Of a stretch of DNA of 64,000 bases, positions 40,501 through 54,489 are shown piece by piece. Origin of the DNA: the human T2T-CHM13v2.0 reference genome, Homo sapiens; NCBI RefSeq assembly GCF_009914755.1, contig NC_060925.1; one strand, given 5' to 3'. Both the position numbers and the translations under genes were made by a program. The notes under the pieces are model-generated. The model ran no database searches, was not told the DNA's origin, and was given only the letters and a program-made list of their open reading frames with translations. Each line of letters opens with the position of its first letter. The stretch's first letter is position 1.

Positions 40501-43500
40501 GCTGGCTGGCTTGGCTGCCTGGCTGGCTTGGTTGGCATGCCTGTCTTGGCTGGCTGGCTGGCTTGGCTGGCTTGGCTGGCTTGGCTGCCTGGCTGGCTTG
40601 GCTGGCTTGGCTCACTGGCTGGGTGGCTGGCCTGGCTAGCTGGGCGGCTTGGCTGGCTTGGCTGGCTGGGCGGCTTGGCTGGGCAGCTTGGCTGGCTTGG
40701 CTGGCTTGGCTGGCTTGGCTGTCTGGGCTGGCTGGCTGGCTTGGCTGGCTTGGCTGGCCAGGTGACTTGGCTGGCTTGAGTGGCTGAGTGGATTGGCTAG
40801 CTTGGCTGGCCAGCTGGCTTGGCTGTCTTGGCTGGCTGGGTTGCCTGGATGGCTTGGCAGGCTGGCTGGCTTCTCTGGCTTGGCTGGCTGGCTGGCTTGG
40901 CTGGTTGGCTGGCTTGGCTGCCTTGGATGGCTATCAGGCTTGGCTGGCTTGGCTGGCTGTCTGTCTTGGCTGGCTTGGCTGGCTGGCAGGCTTGGCTGGC
41001 TTGGCTCGCTTGCTGGCTGGCTGGCGGGCCTTTCTGGCTGGGTGGCTTGGCTGGCCTGGCTGGCTCTGTGGCTTGGCTGGCTTGGCTGGCTGGGTGGCTT
41101 GGCTGGCTTGGCTGGCTGGGAGGCTTGGCTGGCTGGCTGCTTGGCTGGCTGACTGGTTTGGCTGGCTTGGCTGGCTGGGTGGCTTGGCTGGCTTGGCTGT
41201 CTGGTCTGGCTGGCTGGCTTGGCTGGCTTGGCTGGCTTGGCTGGCCAGGTGACTTGGCTGGCTTGAGTGGCTGAGTGGATTGGCTAGCTTGGCTGGCCAG
41301 CTGGCTTGGCTGTCTTGGCTGGCTGGGTTGCCTGGATGGCTTGGCAGGCTGGCTGGCTTGGCTGGCTTGGCTGGCAGGCTGGTTTGGCAGGCTTGGCTGT
41401 CTGGGCTGGCTGGGTGGCTGGCTGGCCTGGCTGGCTGGGTGGCTAGCTGGCTTGGCTGGCTTGTCTGGCTTGGCTGGCTGGGTGGCAGGCTGGCCTGGCT
41501 GGCTGGATGGCTGGCTGGCTTGGCTGGCTGGGTGGTTTGGCTGGCGTGGCTGTCTTGGCTGGCTGGGTGGCTTGGCTGGGTCGGTGGCTTGGCTGGCTTG
41601 GCTGCCTGGCCGGCTTGGCTGCCTTGGCTGTCTGGCCGGCTTGGTTGGCTGGCAGGCCGGCCGGCTTGGCTGGCTGGCTGGTTGGCTGGCTTGGCTAGCT
41701 GACTGGCTTGGCTGGTTGGCTGGCTTGGCTGTCTTGGCTGGCTGGCTTGGCTGCCTGGCTGGTTTGGCTGGCATGCCTGGCTTTGCTTGCTGGCTGGCTT
41801 GGCTGGCTTGGCTGGCATGCCTGTCTTGGCTGGCTGGCGGGCCTGGCTGGCTTGGCTGGCTTGGCTGCCTGGCTGGCTTGGCTGGCATGCCTGTCTTGGC
41901 TGGCTGGCGGGCTTGACTGTCTTGGCTGGCTTGGCTGCCTGGCTGGCTTGGCTGGCTTGGCTCGCTGGCTGGCTGGCTTGGCTGGCTTGGGTGGCTGGCT
42001 GCCTGGCTGGCTGATTATCTTGGCTGGCTCGGCTGGCTGGGTGGCTTGGCTCGCTGGGTGGCATGGCTGGTTTGGCTGGCTTTCTGGCTGGGTGGCTTGG
42101 CTAGCTGGCTGGCTTGGCTGGTTGGCTGGCTTGGCTGGCTTGGCTGGCTGGCTTGGCTGGTGGCTGGCTTGGCTGGCTTGGCTAGTTGGCTGGCTTGGCT
42201 GACTGGCTGGCTGGGTATCTTGGGTGGCTTGGCTGGCTGGGTGGCTTCGCTGGTTTGGCTGGCTGGCTTGGCTGGCTGGCTTGCTGGCTTGCTTGGCTGG
42301 CTTGGCTGGCTGGCTGGCTTGGCTATCTGGGCTGGCTGGCTGGCTTGCATGGCTTGGCTGGCTGGGTGGCTGACCGGCCTGGCTGGCTGGGTGGCTGGCT
42401 GGCCTGGCTGGCTGGGTGGCAGGCTGGCCTGGCTTGCTGTGTGGCTGGCTGGCTTGGCTGGCTGGGTGGCTGGCTGGCCTGGCTGGCTGGGTGGCTGGCT
42501 GGCTTGGCTGGCTGGCTGGCCTGCTGGCTGGCTTGGCTGGCTTGGCTGGCTGGGTGGCTTGGCTGGCTTGGTTGCCTGGCTGGCTTGGCTGCCTGGCTGG
42601 CTTGGCTGTCAGGCCTGGCTTTGCTGGCTTGGCTGGCATGCCTGGCTTGGCTGGCTGGCTGGCTTGGCTGGCTTGGCTGGCTTGGCTGCCTGGCTGGCTT
42701 GGCTGGCTTGGCTCACTGGCTGGGTGGCTGGCCTGGCTAGCTGGGCGGCTTGGCTGGCTTGGCTGGCTGGGCGGCTTGGCTGGGCGGCTTGGCTGGCTTG
42801 ACTGGCTGGGTGGCTTGGCTGGCTTGGCTGGCTTGGCTGTCTGGGCTGGCTGGCTGGCTTGGCTGGCTTGGCTGGCCAGGTGACTTGGCTGGCTTGAGTG
42901 GCTGAGTGGATTGGCTAGCTTGGCTGGCCAGCTGGCTTGGCTGTCTTGGCTGGCTGGGTTGCCTGGATGGCTTGGCAGGCTGGCTGGCTTGGCTGGCTTG
43001 GCTGGCAGGCTGGTTTGGCAGGCTTGGCTGTGTTGGCTGGCTGGGTTGCCTGGATGGCCTGGCTGTCTGGGTGGCTGGCTGGCTTGGCTGTCTGGCTGGC
43101 TTGCTGGCTGGCTTGGCTGGCTGGGTGGCTTGGCTGGCTTGGCTGGCTGGGTGGCTTGGCTGGCTTGGCTGGCTGGGCTGGCTGGCTGGCTTGGCTGGCT
43201 TGGCTGGCCGGGTGACTTGGCTGGCTTGAGTGGGTGAGTGGATTGGCTAGCTTGGCTGGCCGGCTGGCTTGGCAGGCTGGATGGCTTGGCTGGCTTGGCT
43301 GGCAGGCTGGTTTGGCTGGCGTGGCTGTCTTGGCTGGCTGGGTGGCTTGGCTGGGTCGGTGGCTTGGCTGGCTTGGCTGCCTGGCCGGCTTGGCTGCCTT
43401 GGCTGCCTGGCCGGCTTGGTTGGCTGGCAGGCCGGCCGGCTTGGCTGGCTGGCTGGTTGGCTGGCTTGGCTAGCTGACTGGCTTGGCTGGTTGGCTGGCT

Positions 43501-46500
43501 TGGCTGTCTTGGCTGGCTGGCTTGGCTGGCCGTGTGACTTGGCTGGCTTGGGTAGCCGGCTGGCTTCGCTGACTGGATGGCTTGGCTGGCATGCCTGGCT
43601 TGGCTGGCTGGCTGGCTGGCTTGGCTCACTGGCTGGGTGGCTGGCCTGGCTAGTTGGGCGGCTTGGCTGGCTTGGCTGGCTGGGCGGCTTGGCTGGGCGC
43701 CTTGGCTGGCTTGGCTGGCTGGGTGGCTTGGCTGGCTTGGCTGGCTGGGAGGCTTGGCTGGCTTGGCTGTCTGGGCTGGCTGGGTGGCTTGGCTGGCCGG
43801 GTGACTTGGCTGGCTTGAGTGGCTGAGTGGATTGGCTAGCTTGGCTGGCCAGCTGGCTTGGCAGGCTGGATGGCTTGGCTGGCTTTGCTGGCAGGCTGGT
43901 TTGGCTGGCTTGGCTGGCTTGGCTGGCTGGGTGGCTTGGCTGGCTTGGCTTGGTCAGTGGCTTGGCTGGCTTGGCTGCCTGGCCGGCTTGGCTGCCTTGG
44001 CTGTCTGGCCGGCTTGGTTGGCTGGCAGGCTGGCCGGCTTGACTGGCTGGCTGGTTGGCTGGCTTGGCTAGCTGACTGTCTTGGCTGGTTGGCTGGCTTG
44101 GCTGGTTGGCTGGCTGGCTTGGCCGGCCGGGTGGCTTGGCTGGCTTGGCTAGCTGACTGGCTTGACTGGTTGGCTGTCTTGGCTGGCTTGGCTGGCTTGG
44201 CTGGCTGGCTTGGCTGGCCGGGTGGCTTGGCTGGCTTGGCTAGCCGGCTGGCTTAGGTGGCTGGATGGATTGGCTGGCATGCCTGGCTTGGCTGGCTGGC
44301 TTGCTTGGCTGGCTTGGCTGCCTGTCTGGCTTGGCTGGCATGCCTGGCTTTGCTTGCTGGCTGGCTTGGCTGCCTGGCTGGCTTGGTTGGCATGCCTGTC
44401 TTGGCTGGCTGGAGGTCTTGGCTGGCTTGGCTGGCTTGGCTGCCTGGCTGGCTTAGCTGGGTTGGCTCGCTGGCTGGCTGGCTGCTGGGCCTGGCTGGCT
44501 GGGTGGCTTGGGTGGCTTGGCTGGCTGTGTGGCTTGGCTGGCTTGGCTGGCTGGGAGGCTTGGCTGGCTGGCTGGCTGGGTGGCTTGGCTAGCTGGTGGC
44601 TTGGCTGGCTTGGATGGCTGGCAGGCTTGGCTGGCTTGGCTGGCTGGCTGGCCGGGTGGCTTGGCTGGTTTGGCTGCCCAGGTGGCTGGGCTGGCTTGGC
44701 TGGCCGGGTGGCTTGGCCGGCTTGGCTGGCCGGCTGGCTTGGCAGGATGGATGGCTTGGCTGGCTTGGCTGCCTTGGCTGGCTGGGTGGCTTGGCTGGCT
44801 TGGATGTCTGGGTGGCTTGGCTGGCATGGCTCACTGGGTGGCTTGGCTGGCTTGGCCAGCTGGCTGCCTTGGCTGGCTGCCTGTCTTGGCTGGCTTGGCT
44901 GGCTGGCAGGCTTGGCTGGCTTGGCTGGTGGCTGGCTTGGTTGGCTTGGCTAGTTGGCTGGCTTGGCTGGCTGGCTTGCTGGGTGTGTTGGGTGTCTTGG
45001 CTGGTTTGGCTGGCTGGCTTGGCTGGATGGCTTGCTGGCTTGCTTGGCTGGCTTGGCTGGCTGGCTGGCTTGTCTGTCTGGGCTGGCTGGCTGGCTCGCA
45101 TGGCTTGGCTGGCTGGCTTGGCTGGCTGGCTTGGCTGGCTGGCTTGCTGGCTTGCTTGGCTGGCTTGGCTGCCTGGCTGGCTTGGCTGTCTGGGCTGGCT
45201 GGCTGGCTTGGATGGCTTGGCTGGCTGGGTTGGCTGGCTGGCTCGGATGGCTTGGCTGGCTGGGTGGCTGGCTGGCCTTGTGGCTGGGTGGCTGGCTGGC
45301 TTGGCTGGCTTGGCTGGCCTGGCTGGCTGTGTGGCAGGCTGGCCTGGCTGGCTGGGTGGCTGGTTGGGTTGGCTGGCTGGGTGGCTGGCTGGCCTGGCTG
45401 GCTGGGTGGCTGGCTGGCTTGGCTGGCTTGGCTGGCTTTGGTGGCTGGCTGGCTTGGTTGGCTACCTGGCTTGGCTGTATGGGTGGCTTGGCTGGGTTCG
45501 CTGGCTGACTGGCTGGCTTGGCTGGCTTGACTGGCTTGACTGGCTTGTATGGCTGGCTGGCTTGGCTTGCTTGGCTGTCTGGGTGGCTTGGGTGGCTGGC
45601 GTGGCTGGCTGGCTGTTTTGGCTGGCTTGGCTGGCTGACTGGCTTCGCTGGCTTGACTGGGTGGCTTGGCCATCTTGGCTGGCTGAGTGGCTTGGCCGGC
45701 TTGGCTGGCTGGCTGGCTTGGCTGGCTGAGTGTCTTGGCCAGCTTGGCTGGCTGGGTGGCTTGACCGGCTTGGCTGGCTGGGTGGTTTGGCTGGCTTGGC
45801 TGGCTGGGTGGCTTGGCAGGCTTGGCTGGCTGGCTGGCTGGCTGGCTTCGCTGGCTGGGTGTCTTGGCTAGCTTGGCTGGCTGGGTGTCTTGGCTGGCTT
45901 GGGTTGCTGGGTCTCTTGGCAGGCTTGTCTGGCTGGGTGGCTTGGCTTGCTTGGCTGGCTGGGTGTCTTCGCTGGCTTGGCTGGCTGGCTGGCTTGGCTG
46001 GCTTGACTGGCTGGCAGGCTTGGCTGGCTTTTCTGGCTGACTGGCTTGGCTGGCTTGGCTGGCTTGGCTGACTGGCTTGGGTGGCTTGGCTGGTTTGGCT
46101 GGCTGGCTGGCTTGACTGGCTTGGCTGGCTGGCTGGCTTGCATGGCTTGCTTGGCTGGCTGGCTTGGCCGGCTTGGCTGGCTGGCTGTCTTAGCTGGCTT
46201 GGCTGGCTGGGTTGGCTGGCTTGGCTGGCTCGCTGGCTTGCCTGGCTTGGCTGGCTTGGCTGTCTTGGCTGGCTGGCTGGCTTGGCTGGCTTGGCTGGCT
46301 GGCTTGCCTGGTTTTGCTGCCTGGGCTGGCTGTCTGGCTGGGCTGTCTGGCTGGTTGGCTGGCTTGGCTGGCTTGGCTGGGTGGCCGGCTTGGCTGGCTT
46401 GGCTGACTGGCTTGGCTGGGTTGGCCAGCTTCGCTGGCTGGCTTGGGTCTCTTGGTTTCCTGGGTTGGCTGTCTGGCTGGTTGGCTGGCTTGGCTGGCTT

Positions 46501-47295
46501 GGCTGGGTGGCTGGCTTGGCTGGCTTGGCTGACTGGCTTGGCTGGTTTGGCCAGCTTTGCTGGCTGGCTTGGGTCTCTTGGCTGGCTTGGCTGGGTGGCT
46601 GGCTGGCTTGGCTGGGTGGCTGGTTTGGCTGGCTGACTGGCTGGGCTGGCTGGGCTCGCTGTCTGGCTTGGCCGGCTCGGCTGGCTGGCTGGCTGGCTGG
46701 GCTGGCTTGGCTGGCTTGGCTGGCTTGGCTGGCTAGCTGGCTGGCTTGGCTGGCTTGGCTTGGCTCGCTTGGCCTGCTGGCTTGGCTGCCTTGTCTAGCT
46801 GGCTGGATTGGCTTGCTTGGCTGCCTGGCTGGCTTGGCTGGCTTGGCTGCCTTGGCTGGCTTGGCTGGCTGGCTGGCTTGGCTGGCTTGGCTGGCTGATT
46901 GGCTTGGCTGGCTTGGCCGGCCGGCTTTCCTTTCTTGGCTGGCTGGCTTGGCTGGCTTGGCTGGCTTGGCTGTTTGGGTTGGCTTGGCTGGCTGGGGCGG
47001 CTGGGCTGGCTGGCTGGCTTGGCTGGCTGCCTTGCTTGGCTGGCTTGGCTGGCTGGCAGGCTTGGCTGGCTTGCCTGGCTGGCTGGCTTGGCTGGCTTGG
47101 CTGGCTGGAGGCTTGGCTGGCTTGGGTGGCTTGGCTGGCTTGGCTGGCTTTCCTGGCTGTCTGGCTTGGCTGGCTTGGCTGGCTGACTGGCTTGGCTGGT
47201 TTGGCTGGCTTGGCTGGCTGGCTAGCTGGCTCACTTGGCTGGCTTGGCTGGGTGGGTGGCTTAGCCGGCTTGGCTGACTGGCTTGGCTGGCTTGG
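15114..47295. repeat. ~32 kb GGCT/GGCTT satellite (9-mer GGCTGGCTT, 13-mer GGCTGGCTGGCTT; (CAGC)n-type on the complement)
   Basis: Continuous concatenation of GGCT and GGCTT monomers with variants GGGT, GTCT, GCCT, GGCA, AGCT; one orientation throughout; I saw no TE insertion inside it. Confidence 0.98.
28981..44400. repeat. Higher-order repeat core: 4 x 3,855 bp near-identical units
   Basis: Matching ORF sets recur at an exact +3855 offset (29223/33078/36933/40788; 30130/33985/37840/41695; 32262/36117/39972/43827). Confidence 0.95.
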
Positions 47296-47895
47296 ACATT
47301 AAATATAATAATATATTTGGTACATTAAATATAAATTGTATACGTTAAATATAAACATCTTTTATACATCAAACATAAACATTTTATACATTAAATGTAA
47401 ACATATCTTATATGTTAAATATAAACATCTTTTATACATTAAATATAAGAATACATTTGGTACATTTAATGTATACAATACATTAAATATAGACATTTTA
47501 GACATTAAATATAAGCATATATTCAGCACATTAAATGTAAACATATTTTATACATTAAATATAAATACTGTATATGTTAAATATAAATATGTATTTTCTA
47601 TATTAAATATAAATATGTATCCTGTACATTAAATATAAACATATTTTCTATATTAAATATAAACATGTATTTTGCATAGTAAATATAACTATACATTTTC
47701 TATATTAAACATCAACATGTATTATGTATATTAAACATAAACATATATTTCCCATATTAAATATAAACATATATTTTTATATGTTAAATATAAATATATA
47801 TTTCCTGTATTAAATATACACATATATATTAAATATAAATATATTTTTCTGTATGAAATGTAAACATATTTTAAACATTAAATATAAATATTCGT
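47296..47895. repeat. AT-rich minisatellite, ~22-26 bp unit (about ACATTAAATATAAACATATTTTTAT)
   Basis: Repeated 'ttaaatataaacatat' motif, e.g. at 47391, 47415, 47439. Confidence 0.88.
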
Positions 47896-48401
47896 CTTAG
47901 ATATGGCCCGTGTTGGAATGTGTAGTAGATTGAGTATATAATGTCTACTCAATATAAAATTTATATTTATATATGCAGTAATGATTCAAGTTGATTGTAG
48001 TTAAGAAAAACAAGCTCCAAATTCGAAAGAAATATGTAAGAAGAGAGACAGGAAGAAAAAATAATGAGGCAGGTAAATGCAACAGACAATTCGAGACCCA
48101 CAAATGCAGAGCAGGCTTCCCAGACCCGGGTAATGTCTCCTGGGCTGATAGGAAGCCCTCAACCCCCCAAGTCCTTCTCAGCCGTAAACCGCCTGAGCAC
48201 AGAGCCACAGGGACCGTGTTGGGGCTGGGCCTCCCGACTTCAGTTCCTCTCATTCTGTGCAAAAGGAAAAACAATTCAGAATCTACAGAGTTTTAGAGGT
48301 GTGCAGATGTGGACAGAGAAGTCCGGGCACAGTGGTTTACTGCCCAAGAAGACAGTGAGTCCCCGGAGGAATAGAAGAATATACATCATGCTAATATATG
48401 T

Positions 48402-48680
48402 CATCCCAGTACTTTGGGAGGCCGAGGCAGGTGGATCACTTGAGGTCAAGAGTTCGAGACCAGCCTGGCCAACATGGTGAAACCCCGTCTCTACTAAAAA
48501 TACAGAAATTAGTTGGCCGCGGGGGTGGATGACTGTGATCCCAGATACTCGGGAGACAGAGGCAGGATGAACTGCTTGAACCTGGGAGGAGGAGGTTGCA
48601 GTGAGCTGAGATCATGCCATTGCACTCCAGCCTGGGGAAAAGAGCAAGATCCCGTCTCAAAGAAAAAAGAAAAAAAGAAA
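48402..48680 (+). mobile_element. Alu (AluS-type, 5'-truncated)
   Basis: Starts at 'atcccagtactttgggagg'; right arm and A-rich tail present. Confidence 0.88.
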
Positions 48681-49109
48681 GAAGTTGTGAGTGCTAAGTT
48701 CTCTCTGGATTTTCAGGAGGCCAGTTCTCCAGTCCACGGTGGCCTGGGAGGACAGGGGTTCCTGAGGGTGAACAGAGCCTGTGCCCGGTCAGGTAGGATC
48801 ATATGTCCCTGAAGTTCAGAACCCAGGAGCATGGGGATGGTCCTGGGGGTTCCTGCTGCACGGAGGGAAGACCCTCTTTCCACAGGGGCCCCGGAGAGCG
48901 AGAGGAAGGAGGAGGGCAGGTCAGTGAGTGTGATGGGGTCACAGTGGAGAGGGAAGCAGAAAGAAGTGTTCCCACAGCAAGACACACACAGTGTCCACGC
49001 TGAAGCTACAGAGAGGACCTCTCCACCTGTGTCTGCCGCAAAGCAGTGGGGCGTCTTCTGGCAGCCCAGAGTCACCTCCAGATCCCACCTGCACCATGCT
49101 TCCTGCGGA

Positions 49110-50719
<1,610 letters not shown>

Positions 50720-50720
<1 letters not shown>

Positions 50721-51490
50721 TATAAATATTTTTGTACTTATATTCTATATATTATAAAATATTATATAAAATTATACATGTATAATAAAATGTTACATAA
50801 AAATTTTAATATAATACCATTTTATTACATATATTTCTAAATTTAATATAATGAAATTTTATATATAATAATGTATAACATTTCTAAATTTATTATAATA
50901 CAATGATATATAATTATTTTCTCATATTATAATTATACATAAGGTAATTTATTATAAATAAAATTTTATATAATCTACATTTATTATAATAAAATTTTAT
51001 TACATATAACACATTTCTAAATTTAATACAATAAAATACTATGTATAATAATTTATAACGTTTCAAAATTTATTATATAATTTTATTATACAATTATACA
51101 TAATTATATATAGTATATAATTGTATTTATAGAAATATAATGATGCATATGCAATATGTAATTTTATTTTTACACAGTATATATGCATAATTATGTATTA
51201 ACAAATATAATAATATCAATTTTATATACTTATTTACATTAAGTTATATATTATATAAATGATGTTATATGTTATATATGTTACATATATTTTTGCTTAA
51301 TATATTAAATTTAATCTATAAAATTATGTATTAGAAATAGAAGTATTTTACATATACACTACATATAACTTTATTTATATAAAAATATAAAAGTCATATG
51401 GTTAAGTTAATAAAATAATTTGTATCAATCTATTCATATAAAATATACACAATGCATATTTATATAAATACAAAGTATATAAAACTTTTA
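50720..51490. repeat. AT-rich low-complexity region
   Basis: Almost exclusively A/T, with internal short duplications. Confidence 0.85.
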
Positions 51491-51561
51491 CCAGTAGGAT
51501 GCAAAGAGTTGCTGACCGTCTGCAGAAATCCTGAACCTCTGGAAGCAGAATAAAATCTTAC

Positions 51562-51615
51562 CTCCCAGTCTGCTTTGAAAGGAACAGTAAAGCAGTCCCG
51601 AACCCCAAACCCACC
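51562..51615 (-). other. Candidate 54-nt exon of an unidentified, probably non-coding transcript
   Basis: Acceptor ccccatctccctttag| and donor GAG|gtaaga are both near consensus; no expression evidence. Confidence 0.3.
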
Positions 51616-51711
51616 CTAAAGGGAGATGGGGGAGTTGGGATGGACGCGTTGACCAGTGAGGACTTTCCTTTGCTGGTTTTGAGGTGTCTTAGCCCAGAAG
51701 CTAAGATGGGA

Positions 51712-53215
51712 AGTGATTCTGGAGCAGGTGAGCTGATCACAAGCCTGAGCCAAGAATCCATGGAGCTCATAAATAGCAGAAGCCAGGACCCTGTGCAAAT
51801 CCTTCTGAAATATTCTCCATTTACTGGGCTCCTAGGGGTGGGGAAGAAAAATTCCCTGACATTTCGGCCTCAGGGAAAGAGAGAGACACCCCACTGGCCG
51901 GAAGCCTCTGCTATTTTTCAGAAGACAGCTGGGGCATCACCCTTTCCCAAATGACGGTGATTTTCAGAGTGGTTCACTTTTTGGAGAGACATTTCTGCCC
52001 TGGAGATCCATACATATTGAACCCAAATGAATATTTTTTAATAAAAAAAATTAAACTTTAGAAAGTTCAATATTGAGGCAGCTACGAGTATGAATTCCTC
52101 ATTTTTCCTAAATGCATGTTGTCAAAATTTGTATTGCATTTAGTAACTACTTATGTTTCTAATGTATATAAGGTTACACAATGTTTTCTTCTTTTTCTGC
52201 TCCTCAGGGTCAGAATTTGAAATAAAAGTTTTGGAAAGAAAAAACACTCTTGTCTGTTTGTGCAAAAATAAAATAACCCATATTTTAAGAATATTTTAAA
52301 ATAAATACAAATTTTGTGTGGGGGGGTTGCTTATAAGAATTCTTCATATCCTAAATCAAAGATAGATCTTGTTATTAACCAGAAAACAAAATGTGTGTGT
52401 ATAAATGTACAACACTCTTACACTCACACAAACACAGGCACACATGCACACACACACATTCATGCACTCACTGATGTACTCACACAAACACAGGCATTCA
52501 TGTATAAATACACACATAAGCGTGTATTTATAGAAATATAATTATGCACATACAATATATAATTTTATTTTTACATAGTATATATACATAATTACGTATT
52601 AACAAATATAATAAGATCAATTTTATTATATACTTATTTACATAAAGATATATTATATAAATGATGTTATATGGCATGTATATATCACATATAACTTTGC
52701 TTAGTATATAAAATTTAATCTATAAAATTATGTATCACAAATAAAAGTATATTTTACATATACACTATATATAACTTTATTTATATGAACTATAAAAATC
52801 ATGTTTATATTAATAAAATATATTTATTTATATCAATATATTAATATAAAGTATGCACAATGTATATTTATATAAAAATTTTTAATTAAAAAATATTCAT
52901 TTGGGTTCAATATGTATGGATCGCCAGGGCAGAAACGTCTCTTCAAAAGGTGAACCGTTCTTAAAATCACCGTCATTTGGGAAAGAGTGATACCCCACCT
53001 GTTTTCTGAGAAACAGCAGAGGCGTATGGCCAGCGGGGTATCTCTCTCTTTCCCTGAGGCCGAAAAGTCAGGGAATTTTTCTTCCCCACCCCTAGGAGCT
53101 CTGTAAACCGGGGATATTTCAGAAGGATTTGCACAGGGTCCCGGCTTCTGTTGTAAATGAGCTCCATGGATTCTCGGCTCAGACTTGTGATCAGCTCACC
53201 TGCTCCAGAATCACT
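51712..53215. repeat. Inverted repeat, ~340 bp arms (51712-52052 / 52877-53215)
   Basis: The arms are diverged reverse complements; ORFs 51640(+) and 52973(-) share 'SDSGAGELITSLS...DPVQILLKY...LLGVGKKNSLTFRPQGKRE'. Confidence 0.92.
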
Positions 53216-54398
<1,183 letters not shown>

Positions 54399-54489
54399 GT
54401 AGAACAGGCCTGCATTACCTGATAACGCAGTTAAATCAGACGTGATGCTGCCTGCTGAGGAGACCTGGAGGCTTCCCATGAATGGGCTT

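Noticed and set aside
15114-47295. CRISPR-like reading of the landmark motif and intervening sequence
   Set aside because: The intervening sequence is satellite of irregular length, not unique spacers. The context is primate and there are no cas genes.
15007-47302. Hundreds of ORFs up to 644 aa (W/L/A/G-rich on +, S/Q/P/A/K-rich on -)
   Set aside because: Compositional artefact. All stop codons need an A (rare on +) and start with T (rare on -), so all frames stay open. The translations are just GWL/AGL/LAW and KPA/SQP/ASQ repeats, often with non-ATG starts. There is no evidence for translation, including RAN translation.
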